Assembly (NCBI GenBank): GCA_951406725.2
Contig: OX597814.1
Span: 39,184,001-39,248,000, forward strand
Source of the DNA: Octopus vulgaris
Taxonomy: Eukaryota
Direction of reading: 5' to 3'
Length of the DNA stretch: 64,000 nt
The first letter of the stretch is position 1, and each line of letters begins with the position of its first letter. A program made the translations under genes and the position numbers. Of this stretch, positions 53,686-64,000 are shown piece after piece. The notes under the pieces are model-generated. The model saw only the letters and a program-made list of their open reading frames with translations, did no database searches and had not been told where the DNA came from.

Positions 53686-54885
53686 TTACATATCGTCCTC
53701 GAAATAGCTTGTGCCCGCGCCCTCCACCATCATACACGCCTCCCTCAGAACGTAATCAAGTTCCGAGTTCGCGTCGCCCGGGACCAAGCTATAATCTTCA
53801 TTGAGCTCCTTTAGCCCAAGCGTCACGTCGAACGCCACGGCCTCCACAGTTATCTGCGGAGGCCATTCGGGGTCCTGTGTGAAGGCTAAAGGAGCTCCCT
53901 TGTGGTACTCTTCCATCATTTTTTTTTCAATTTCTCCGCCTCTATAGAAGAGGACCAATACGTTCAGTTCTTTCGTTGGCGGCACAGTTCCCGCCAACGT
54001 CTGCGGCTCATGGATATCAGCCGCCCGACCTTTCTTTCTTTTTCTCCTCCTTCTTTTGGGGGAGACTGCTGACCCAGGGGACTCCGTCACCAGACACAGG
54101 GGATCGCTATCCCCCTCCGCCACCTGAGCGTATTTTGGCGAGCAGCCATTGTTGCTCGCCTGTCTCTTTCTTTTCGTGGAGGCAACCTCCTCCACAACTT
54201 CCACCGTCTCCCCCTCCAATGAGGGGGCGGCGGGCGCCTTTCCCCCTTCATGCTCCGGGGCACCACCACGGCCCCCGGGACAATTCCTCTTGATATGTCC
54301 GGGCTTCAGGCAGAGGTGACACTTGGGGGGGCGTCCCTCGTGTATCACCGGGTACTGTGCCCAGCCATTCTCAGGAAGTCCGGGAATTTCATTTCTCCCA
54401 CGGCCACCGGTGTCCACAGGGTCAAAGTTGCATTTGACCCCTCCCAGGCGACCGCGGGAGCCATTTTCACACTCAGTAGCCTGGGTCCGCTATCCCCGAG
54501 GCCTCGCCGGATTGTCTTCTCGATCCATTCCGCCTCCGTGCCCGGGGGCAGCCCACAAACCCAGGCTCTTTTTACTTTTCTGCCACAATACGAGGGGAGG
54601 AAAAAATTTCCTCTCCCTCCAGTGGCTCGCTAGCAAATCTGCTAGCTTCCTCGGGGGTCCCAAACAGCAACCGCACCGTTGCAAATTTACTCCCCGAGAA
54701 ATAAACTTTATCGTTGGTAGGTGGTCCCCCAACTCTTTCTCTATGGTGCTCCTGTCGAAGAGGGCGATAGCTCCACGCGACCTAGAATAGGTTCGTAGGA
54801 CCACCGTCCTCTTCTCAAGAATTTCAATTCACTGCTTGGGTGGGACAACCTCCCATTCCAAAGCAGTGGTTTCTTTTGTTGCCAT
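53686..54885 (-). pseudogene. ORF1p-like nucleic-acid-binding protein (RRM-like region + CCHC zinc knuckle + basic tract + acidic C-terminal domain), ~400 codons, disrupted
   Basis: ATG at 54885 (MATKETTALEW), TGA at 54831-29, three apparent frameshifts (~54690, ~54605, ~54360). Reconstructed KRTVVLRTYSR...KFATVRLLF...LPSYCGRKVKRAWVCGLPPG...YPVIHEGRPPKCHLCLKPGHIKRNCP (C-x2-C-x4-H-x4-C)...KRRRRKRKK...YFEDDM*. GC-rich relative to the flanks. Confidence 0.8.
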
Positions 54886-55051
54886 GATTTTGAAAAAAAG
54901 TTCAACTAAAAGTTCAAAGTCCAATAAGAAAAAAACACAATGACAGAACAGAAAGACAGAACAGAGAAAAGGACGAAGGAAGACAGTTCAAATAATGGCA
55001 ACACAGTTCTGCAACTGGTAATCCTCACGAAACAGGGTACTCCTAGTTGCA

Positions 55052-55140
55052 GCACACTTGGTTCTCCGTGGTAAATCCAAGCACAATTGGTTCTCCGTGG
55101 TAAATCCAAGCACAATTGGTTCTCCGTGGTAAATCCAAGC
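55052..55140. repeat. 29-bp tandem repeat x3 in the element's 5' UTR
   Basis: GCACA(C/A)TTGGTTCTCCGTGGTAAATCCAA at 55052, 55081 and 55110; one mismatch in total. Confidence 0.95.
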
Positions 55141-55438
55141 GAACAAATTAATTTTTGAGGAGGGGCTATGCCTCTTCAAAATACACAATTCTCACTAAAA
55201 GGTGAGACAATAAATACGCCAACAGGCAGAACAAATACATCCGAAGCAAAGTGAAGCTTATTACGCGCAGAAAAGTGTTAACACTAATTAACATTAATGC
55301 CAAAAAAGTATTAACGGCAAGCAATAAACCTCACTATGCTTCCAAAAATATCCAAAATGTCCTACCTGTTGCCGTAAAATGTTCAATAATTCACGTTAAC
55401 ACGTGACATTTGCCGGAGCAAAAGACAGCACGTCTGTC

Positions 55439-55476
55439 TGGTAAGAAGCTACTTACCACACAGCCACTCCTGCGCC
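55439..55476 (-). mobile_element. SINE family A 5' head (remainder of the interrupted copy)
   Basis: Minus strand GGCGCAGGAGTGGCTGTGTGGTAAGTAGCTT, matching the heads at 58298 and 33367. Confidence 0.85.
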
Positions 55477-55650
55477 GATATGTGAACATACAGCTGGGAT
55501 TTTCAGAATTTGGCGAATGTCTTCAATTATTATTAATAACCAATTATCAAAGTTTATAATGTGCTGAAATATACACTGTGAGACCTCCGACAACAGGCTC
55601 AATCAGAGTAAACCTCATCGAGCACTCTCAGAGATCAAACAACAACAGCA

Positions 55651-55725
55651 ATAATAATAATGATGATGATGATGATAATAATAATGATGATGATGATAAT
55701 AATAATAATGATAATGATAATAATG

Positions 55726-55783
<58 letters not shown>

Positions 55784-55800
55784 TGATGATGATGATAATA
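55651..55800. repeat. (AAT/GAT)n
   Basis: Direct repeat. Confidence 0.95.
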
Positions 55801-55955
55801 GACATTATATTGAAAAACTTCAGACAAAAATCATGCCTCCTCATTAATACGACTGTCCCAGTCGATATAAATGTATGTCACGACCTACCAAAACTGAGCA
55901 AGTATAAAGATCTTGAATTTGAAATTGGCAAAATGTGCAACCTGAAGACTAAACA
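55801..55955 (+). mobile_element. R4/Dong-like endonuclease fragment
   Basis: DIILKNFRQKSCLLINTTVPVDINVC...KLSKYKDLEFEIGKMCNLKTK; same family as 58873-59443; begins in (AAT)n. Confidence 0.8.
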
Positions 55956-56250
55956 TGATTGTTTCGTTCCACATCCTTAAACAACACTTATTCAGGGACC
56001 TTTTGAGCGGGATGGGTTGCTCGACAAGAAGAAATTCTAACCGGGCCCCACTTGCAAGGTCATGTGCTGTTTATCTTGATATGAGATCACCACGTAGCGC
56101 ACATATGGTTGTGATGCATGTGCCTGGTGTATCCTTATCAGACGCGGGTAGTTATGATGGGAATACTGGGCTTCGTATATTTTACCCCAGTGTCACTTTG
56201 ATGGCATACACTGCTCTCTCACTCAATAATAATAATAATAATAATAATAT
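55956..56250 (+). mobile_element. unclassified retroposon 3' end with (AAT)n tail
   Basis: GC-richer segment ending CTCTCTCACTC-AATAATAAT; family not recognisable. Confidence 0.4.
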
Positions 56251-56261
56251 GAATATGAATA

Positions 56262-56755
56262 ATTTCCTTTATTTACCAAAGGACGAAGGATGAATGGGAT
56301 AGTACAGAGACAGACATAAATTATGGCGGTTTACATGTAACGAAATAAAAAAAAAAGAAATGATAAAAGAAAGATAATAATTATACACCATATACACTGA
56401 GAAAGAATGGACATATGCGTAGCACACAACATTTTTTTTTGTAACATTAGATGGGTGGATGATAGACATGTGGCCCTCCTAATGTAGGAATACCTCTTGG
56501 GATAAACCAGGAACCCTACTATTCGGGATTTCCTTGGAAACCCAGACCAAGTGCTCTCTCCAATTCCTTCTCTCCGGCTCAGAGATCAATACTTAGAGAG
56601 AAACTATCTACTCTCGCCAGTTTTGCAAATTTTACCCACCTTTCAAAGAAAATCACTCAAGGACAGCACTTCCCTACCCACTCTCAGTTTCCTTTTCAAG
56701 TGGATCTTCAAAAATTCAATGAGATCTCTGCCAAAGAGGAATCTGTCATCATGTC
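56262..56755 (-). mobile_element. probable Tx1/L1-type LINE 3' end (ORF2 C-terminus + 3' UTR)
   Basis: DRFLFGRDLIEFLKIHLKRKLRVGREVLSLSDF resembles Tx1-type ORF2 C-termini; ends CCTTTGGTAAATAAAGGAAATT next to (ATT)n. Confidence 0.45.
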
Positions 56756-57897
56756 TTAATAATAATGATATATATATATATATATTTAAAGCAAAACAGA
56801 AGGTTGGACATTTTGTTTTTACACAAACACACACATACATATGTTTTATACATGTATACATATATGTGCGTGTATATGTTTGTGTCTGTGTGTGTATTCA
56901 TTCACAAATGCACACACAAATGTGTATGTGTAGGCACACTGGAATTAACTGAGTAGAACAAAAATATTCACAGTATAATTCGTTGTCAGTTTGTTTCTTA
57001 TCTAAGCTGAACAGCGAAACATGAAGTGACAACACATTTTAAATAATATATTTACTTTAAGATTTCGACAATGAGTCTAATTTATCAGTTTAGCTCATAC
57101 ATCTGAATTTGACAAGCCAAACATTAAACAGAAGGAAATAAATGAGGTGTAAAACTAAAGCAAACGAAACTACATTTCTTTTCTGGAAACAGCGTGAAAA
57201 TCTAAAACGCAATTTTGAAAAAAATAAGTAAATTTAATGTTGATGATACCGTCAAGTTGAATGCTGATGTGTACTTTACGTGATCACACATTGAGAAATA
57301 CAACGTGCATCGGTTGCTGTAATGTATGAGAACTGACAGATGATAACTCATTAAACAAGTGCGGAGAAGGTCTATCTAATTTACTATACACCCAATTATG
57401 TTTGCTAGTGGTCGATTGACGGAATCTTTAAACAATTGGAAAAAAGAAAATGGTGTATGTATTAATTCCATTCGTTGCAATGCGGAGTTCAAATGCTTCT
57501 GAAGTTATCTTCATCTTTCATCTCTTCGGGGTTTTATCTCTTCCTATATGCAGGGTTGATAAAATTATGTACTGGGTGTCATGTAATTGAGTAATCACCT
57601 CCTCTGAAAGCTTCTGGCCCTGTGCCGTAATTGTAGATTATTATTAGTATTATTATCTTTAATATAAAGACAGGAAGCTGACAGAACCGTTAGCACATCG
57701 GACCATATGTTTAGCGGTATTCTATCCGTCTTTATTTTCTGAAATTATATTCCGTCTCCGTTGATTTTGCTTTTCATCCTATTGGGATCCATAGAATAAG
57801 TACCAGTTGAACACTGGGGTCAATATAATTCTGTCCCCCTAAATTACTGACCTTTTGCCAAAATTTGAAATCAATGCTATTATCATTATTATATATA

Positions 57898-58298
57898 CAC
57901 TTTACTCTTTTACTTGTTTCAGTCATTTGACTGTGGCCATGCTGGAGCACCGCCTTTAGTCGAGCAAATCGACCCCGGGACGTATTTTTTGTAAGCCCAG
58001 TACTTATTCTATCGGTCACTTTTTGCCGAACCGCTAAGTTAGTGGGACGTAAACACACCAGCATCGGTTGTCAAGCAATGCTAGGGGGACAAACACAGAC
58101 ACACAAACACACGCATACATATATATATATATACATATATACGACAGGCTTCTTTCAGTTTCCGTCTACCAAATCTACTCACAAGGCATTGGTCGGCCCG
58201 GAGCAGAAGACACTTGCCCAAGATGCCACGCAGTGAGACTGAACACGGAACCATGTGGTTGGTTAGCAAGCTACTTACCACACAGCCACTCTTGCGCC
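57898..58298 (-). mobile_element. SINE family A, full-length
   Basis: Uninterrupted from GGCGCAAGAGTGGCTGTGTGG to the AAGTAAAAGAGTAAA tail; serves as the empty-site reference for 53345-55454. Confidence 0.9.
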
Positions 58299-58685
58299 TA
58301 TAGTATTAATTTTATTACCATATCAAGGAAATGCTATTATATGTACGTTTTATGAGCAGGGATGTCATCCTGAGGTTTGGCAAAAGCATGTTCCCGCAAA
58401 TCAAAAGAGCATTCTTTAGGATTCTTCTAAAAGTGCTGGGTAGCACTTTTCTGTAGCTCGACAATGCGTATCTGAATTATTATCCAATTCAGTTTCTTAG
58501 AAAGCAGTTTGGTAGTAGTGCAAATTGAAAATTTACCACGAGAATAAGTGTCATCTTTGTCTCCTATAGCCATTTAATCTCTTGGAAAGACCATTATGTT
58601 TCTCAAATTTCTCAAATTTCACCCAAACCGCTCAGAACATCATTGAATAAAGTTTGTTTAAGATTCATCAACGAAACACCTTTGA

Positions 58686-58843
58686 TTTCAGAGGTAAATT
58701 ATTCAAACCCGAATGAATTCCTCTCAACACATGGATATAACCTCACCCTTCCCAAATCACTTCTACTTGTGACCAGTGATTCACATATTGTCAGCCACTA
58801 AGTGACACGCTCAATAAGTTACGGTCAAGCAACTAAAAAGCAA
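58686..58843. repeat. unclassified dispersed repeat; inverted relative at ~62550-62700
   Basis: ATTATTCAAACCC...CTCTCAACACATGG...CACATATTGTCAGCCACTAAGTGACACGCTCA aligns with the reverse complement of TGAGCATGTCCCTCAGTAACTGACTATATGT...GTTGAGAG...TTTGAATA. Confidence 0.55.
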
Positions 58844-58872
58844 TTATTATTATTATTATTATTATTATTATT

Positions 58873-59443
58873 TTGATTGACTTTTGCTTTACATTTGTAC
58901 AAGATGGCTCCAAGTCTCATCCAGAGACCCCAACAGACAACAAGTTAGAAGTTGATGGAGTTATACCTAGAGTGCCATATATTTGCTTCTGTATATAGTG
59001 TTGTTCTAGAGAATGTTTAAGAAAACATAAGAAAATTATGTTTGTATTAAAATTTGAGAATACATAGAAAGTATATTGCGTATGATATGGTCATTTCCTC
59101 TGAGCACTATCTTTTGAATTTTTGCCATTTTGGGGTTTCCTTGTATCTGAGCTAGGTAGCGATCAGCCCCTTTTGCTATCATTCCTAGTGCACCTATGAC
59201 AACAGGTATTGTTTTAGTCTTCAGGTTCAACATTTTGCCAATTTCTGTTTCAAGATATTTATACATGCTCAGTTTTTGGTAGATCTTGACAGATACGTTT
59301 ATATCGATTGGAACAGTAATATCAATGAGGAGGCAGGATTTTTGTCTGAAGTCTTTCAATATGATGTCTGGACTATTTCCATCTATCTTTCTGACAGTTA
59401 GAATGGCGAAGTTCCAGAGGAGTGAGATGTGATCAGTTTCAAG
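58873..59443 (-). mobile_element. R4/Dong-like non-LTR element, C-terminal RLE domain and 3' UTR ending in (AAT)n
   Basis: LLWNFAILTVRKIDGNSPDIILKDFRQKSCLLIDITVPIDIN...KLSMYKYLETEIGKM...TIPVVIGALG (PD..D motif). Confidence 0.85.
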
Positions 59444-59454
59444 CTTAAATGCAG

Positions 59455-59580
59455 TTTCTGCCTATCAAATCCACAGGTAATGCGGCCTTGTCCACTGGAG
59501 CTATAGTAAAAGACACCTGCCCAAGGTGGTACACAGTTTGACTGAACCCAGAACTGTGTAGTTGTGAAGCAATGTTTTAC
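59455..59580 (-). mobile_element. SINE family A head fragment
   Basis: GCTATAGTAAAAGACACCTGCCCAAGGTG...GACTGAACCCAGAAC. Confidence 0.6.
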
Positions 59581-60370
59581 CTTACAGGCATTTGATTATA
59601 GAATCGATTGAATACCGAAAACAATTTTTTTCTCTGTTTGTTTCAATTCTATACCGCTGAGTTTTGGAAATTCAAATCCAGCCGAAGGCCCCTTTGGCTT
59701 TTATTCGTCCGAGATCGATACAATTGTGCACGGTCCAAGTACTTGCCTCTTTCGTATCTACGAGTCCCCTTCCCTTAAGACTGTTTCAGTTGGTCCTAAA
59801 TCAGTAGCAATTAATATTATCATCATTGACGTCATCATTAGCATCATCATCGTCGAAGCCGCCGTCGTCGTCGTCGTCAACGTTGTTGTGTTGTTATTAT
59901 TGTTGTTGTTGTTGTTGTTGTTATTATTTTCATCATCACCATCACTAGCATCGGTATCATTATTATAATTATATTGTCTTTGCGCTACTTGTTTCTTCTA
60001 TTGTATTGAAGTTGGTTTTGGATATTTCCGATTTCTTGCACAATGAGTTATACTTTCTGAAATCATAAATTTCACTCCCTTGTGCTTTTCTTGACATTAC
60101 TTGCAATCCCCTTTGTCTTCCTTGATATCCCTTCTGCATCTTATTGTGGCTCTCTTAATTATCTTTATTGCCAGAATCATTGTTATTTCAGTGAATTCAT
60201 ATATTCACTCAAAGACATGCAAATGTTCGTATTAAATGGGATTATTCCTTTCACTACTGTTCCACAATTCGATTTGATGAGGAGGAGGACGAAGTCGTTA
60301 TATTTATCATTAAATGCTCCAAGAGGATCCACCGGCAGAAGCAGTAGCAGTAGCAGCTGCAGTAGTAGCG

Positions 60371-60425
<55 letters not shown>

Positions 60426-60559
60426 AGGTAGTTAGTAGTAGTAGAGTTAGTTAGTAGTAGTAGAGGTAGTTAGTAGTAGTAGTGGTAGTAGCAGCAGCAA
60501 TAGTCGTAGTGGTGCTGGTTGTAATGTTGGTGGTGGTGGTGGTTTCAATGTCTGGTTCA

Positions 60560-60950
60560 AAATTGGCACGTTAAGGGGAGGAGCATATCGATTACATCGA
60601 CCCCAGGTTTCAGACTCGAAAGGATGAAAGGCAAAGTTGATCTCAGCAGAATTTTAAATCAGATCGTATAGACGAACGAAATTCCGCTGAGAACTCTTTG
60701 CCAGGCGTGCTTACGTTTCTGTCAGCCCGCCTCCTTCCTTTCAAAGTCTGGCATAAAGCCAGGATTTTCGAGGTGGGTGGAGGCGTAAGCTGACAACGTA
60801 GACCCCAGCGTTCCACTGGTACTTCTTTTATCGACCCTAAAAGTATGAAAGATAAAGTCGACCACGGCGGAATTTCGACTTAGAAATTTAAAAAGGAGAT
60901 AATATGACGCTAAGCATTTTGTCCCGCGTGCTAACGATTCTGCCAGGTAG
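60560..60950 (-). mobile_element. two tandem SINE family B copies (60560-60735, 60740-60950)
   Basis: Each shows ATCGACCC...GAAAG.ATGAAAG..AAAGT.GA...GCGTGCT.ACG.TTCTG.CAG. Confidence 0.7.
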
Positions 60951-60996
60951 CTACTTGCTGCTGCTGCTACTACTACTACTACTACTGCTGCTGCTG

Positions 60997-61030
<34 letters not shown>

Positions 61031-61109
61031 CACCACTACTACTGCTACTACTACTACTACTACTACTGCTGCTGCTACTGCTGCTGCTACTACTAAAATA
61101 AATAATAAT

Positions 61110-62025
61110 GCGTTGAGTCTTGGCGACGACTCCACCCAAGTACAGGAGTAGCAAGATTATACTTACCAAGAAAGGAAGGTGGAAGAGGGTTACATCAGTA
61201 GAAGACTGCGTGGACTTAGCTACAGCAGATATAGACTCTTATGTAGGTAACAGGGAAGAAATTTTAATAGTTGCTAGAGTCACGACAAGGTATAGGGAAA
61301 AAATTGCAAACGAAGTTAAAAACCAGAAAAAATAAAGAAAGTTATCTGACTGGCAGGAGAAGGCTTTACATAGTTGATTTCCAAGGATTGTTGCAGCAAA
61401 TTGTAGTACTGAGACATGGTTACGCTTGCAGTAAATAAATCAAAACAGGCAACTGTTATTCAAATAGTAAGTGAATGTAGCACACCGGCACAGAAAGAAT
61501 ACACGAAACGACATGACAAACTAGAGAAAGTAATCCACTGGAATTTATGTAGAATGCTAGGATTTGACCACACTGGTAAATGATATGAACATGAACCTAA
61601 CAAATTACTAGAAAGTAATCAATATAAGATGTTGTTGGACTTTAACATTCAGACTGACAGTGATAGAATCTGGAAGGACTGATTTAGCAGTAGTAAATAG
61701 TATAGAAAGTGCCAGTTAATTTACAGTAGCAAATGAGGAAAAAAATCAATGTGAGAGTTATAGAAAATATAGCAAAGCACCTGGACCTAGCCATCGAATT
61801 ACAGAGAGTAAGGAAAGTGCAATTAAAATGTATCCCAGTAGTTATAGATTCACTGCGAACTTTCCCTAGAGATAGATAGAGAAAATGGGCATAAAACCCT
61901 GTTTAGTACAGCTGCAGAAAACAGTGTTATTGGAGATAGCTAGAATAATTAGGAGGGTTCTTAACATCTAAGGCATCTTGCTGTAGCCAGGAATCTAATC
62001 GCTTGTATGTATATGAATAATAATA
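61110..62025 (+). mobile_element. R4/Dong-like non-LTR element, 5'-truncated and internally deleted
   Basis: LHP...RLYLPRKEGGRG..SVEDCV, WQEKALH, IVSECSTPAQKEYTKRHD..IHWNLC..EHEP..DFNIQTD, IPVVI, LQKTVLLEIARIIRRVL; short (AAT)n at both ends. Confidence 0.85.
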
Positions 62026-62039
62026 AGAATCATTTCTAC

Positions 62040-62232
62040 TACAGGCATAGGCCTGACATTTTGCGGAAGGGGACATATCGATTACATCGACCCCGGTGTT
62101 TCACTGTTAATTAACTCATCGATCCGAAAGTATGGAAAGCAAAGACGGCCTCGTCGGAACTTGAACACAGAACGTAACGACGAAAGAAATGCCACTAAGC
62201 ATTTCGCCCTTATGCTAACTATTCTGCCAGCT
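62040..62232 (-). mobile_element. SINE family B copy
   Basis: ATCGATTACATCGACCCCGG...GAACACAGAACGTAACGAC...CTAAGCATTTCGCC...TTCTGCCAGCT. Confidence 0.75.
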
Positions 62233-62261
62233 GGCTACTTACTACTACTACTACTACAACC

Positions 62262-62292
<31 letters not shown>

Positions 62293-63657
62293 AGGATGAA
62301 GCGGATGATGATGTTGATGATGAGGATGATGATGATGATGATGAGGATGATGTTGATGATGATGATGATGATGATGATGAGAAGGAGGAGGAGGAGGAAG
62401 AGGAGGAAGAGGAGGATAGATACTTTGATGCAGTATTAGGCAGTGACTCTCATGACTTCTGATCTTAACTGATTGGAAGTGTTAACATGTACATGATTTG
62501 TCTTGATGTAAAAGATGGACTACAACAAATATTCTACTCAACACTGCAGATTTGACTGACAGTCGCTTGACCAATTGCAGCTGAGCATGTCCCTCAGTAA
62601 CTGACTATATGTACATCACTGATCACGAGCAGGAATAGTAGGGAAAGGCCACAGCCCTGCGTTGAGAGTGATTCTTTAGTATTTGAATACTTCACACTTG
62701 CAATCTGATTGTCCTTCTTAATTCTTGCTATTACAACAGCCTTGTATCCATTCACAAACCTACTGATTATGGCGACTTCCTCGGTATCCAACATTCTTAC
62801 GATGACGTCATCCGCGCACGTCAATAGAGATCTCTTGTCTCTCAGTACTTCCTGCTTATGTGCGTATTTGCTTGAGCGGTATTGCATGAATAATTCATGA
62901 GTGATAGGACACTGCTAGCAGACGAACGGTGTGATTATACGCATTCCCTATGGGCGGTCTGTTAATTTAACCACCGGACAGATGGCTTGCACATAAAATC
63001 AAATCAATCTTTGAAAACTAACTGCCCCAATGACAGCTGCTCTCTATCGAAGACCTACCTTATTATAGATCGCACAATATATCTAGTTTTCTAGACTAAA
63101 ATATATACTTACCTCAGCTGTTCAAAGCCAAAGAATTCCTGACATTAGAAAGTTTAAAATGTACAATGGTTGTAATATGTGCTCCTGAAATTATATAACT
63201 AACGAAAGAATTCCTTTGCGATTGCTAGAAATAGCAACCAGATTTTCCATAACGCGCTCCCGAACATCATTCAACAAGAAAAGTCCAGCCAATTATACGT
63301 AAAAACTAGGTGGGGTGATGAAGGTTGTGTGACTATAATTATATGTCAGCTCGATCAAAAACACAAGCCGAACATGCAACACATAATAATGAAAACCTAT
63401 CACAGAACAAACAGCTAACTATCGGAGCAGTCCAAAATATTAATCCTAAACCTATTGATGCCAACAAATCTAACACGCTTATCAAATATATATATCTATA
63501 ACAATACAAAACAAAAGCGATTGTTTTATTAAACGATACAAGCAAAAAAAAAATGATGTACAATAACGTTAGAAACAGATACATGGAAACTACAATAATA
63601 TAATTATTAATGGTGCTAGAGACTTACACATATCTAATATCGATTTCACAGGAACAT

Positions 63658-63720
<63 letters not shown>

Positions 63721-64000
63721 AGGAAGAAGTAAAAGTCAATTGAGTGAGCTGTGCTTCAAAGCTGATACTTTCAGTTATCGAGATAAAACGCAAAACCCAA
63801 ACTGACGCTGGAGAAAACTCTTGAAAAATAATATAAATAATGATTATAACAATGACTTGAATAGTATGACCAATTATTTCTAAAACTGTCTCAAAGCAAC
63901 ATTTAATCGATTTAATCAGTGAAGTATTTAGATGGTACTTATTCTAGCGAATCCGGAAGGAAGAACGTTAGAGTTGCTGCAAGGATAGGATATGAATACA

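Larger units (their letters stand above)
53362..55438 (-). mobile_element. ORF1-only (HAL1-like) L1/Tx1-type non-LTR retrotransposon, 2077 bp, with TSD
   Basis: Flanked by TGGTAAACAAGCTACTT (53345-61) and TGGTAAG-AAGCTACTT (55439-54); 5' UTR ~550 bp; one ~1.2-kb ORF; 3' UTR ~320 bp ending in AATAAA at the junction; no RT or endonuclease sequence. Confidence 0.75.

Noticed and set aside
53976-54790. Plus-strand ORFs of 105-155 aa
   Set aside because: Antisense shadows of the GC-rich minus-strand ORF1.
55052-55140. 29-bp repeats as a CRISPR array
   Set aside because: Repeats are directly adjacent with no spacers, there are no cas genes, and the context is eukaryotic.
62700-62900. Promoter-like cluster (TGACGTCA, ACTTCC, CpGs)
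   Set aside because: The minus strand reads LLTCADDVIV, like a decayed RT YADD motif, so a TE remnant is at least as likely; neither reading can be supported well.

Overview
Eukaryotic, AT-rich, microsatellite-dense intronic or intergenic DNA. The repeat content (tRNA-derived SINE families, CR1, R4/Dong, Tx1/L1, Penelope-like and mariner relics amid (TA)n/(TACA)n/(GATA)n/(AAT)n tracts) suggests an octopus or other coleoid cephalopod genome; this is an inference, not a database result. No intact host protein-coding gene is visible, and almost all ORFs in the track are microsatellite read-throughs. Main observations: (1) a 2,077-bp ORF1-only (HAL1-like) L1/Tx1-type element with an RRM-like region and a CCHC knuckle, inserted with a ~17-bp target-site duplication into the tRNA-derived head of a SINE (53362-55438); (2) a perfect 74-bp-arm palindrome with a complete type-I hammerhead fold in each arm (45693-45843), plus several degenerate hammerhead-like motifs in Penelope-like remnants beside (TA)n; (3) a degenerate 5S rRNA copy (21366-21490); (4) a full-length decayed mariner (48025-49355); (5) a candidate 60-nt non-coding exon (47327-47386). 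Family names come from motif recognition by eye, and boundaries of old repeats are approximate.
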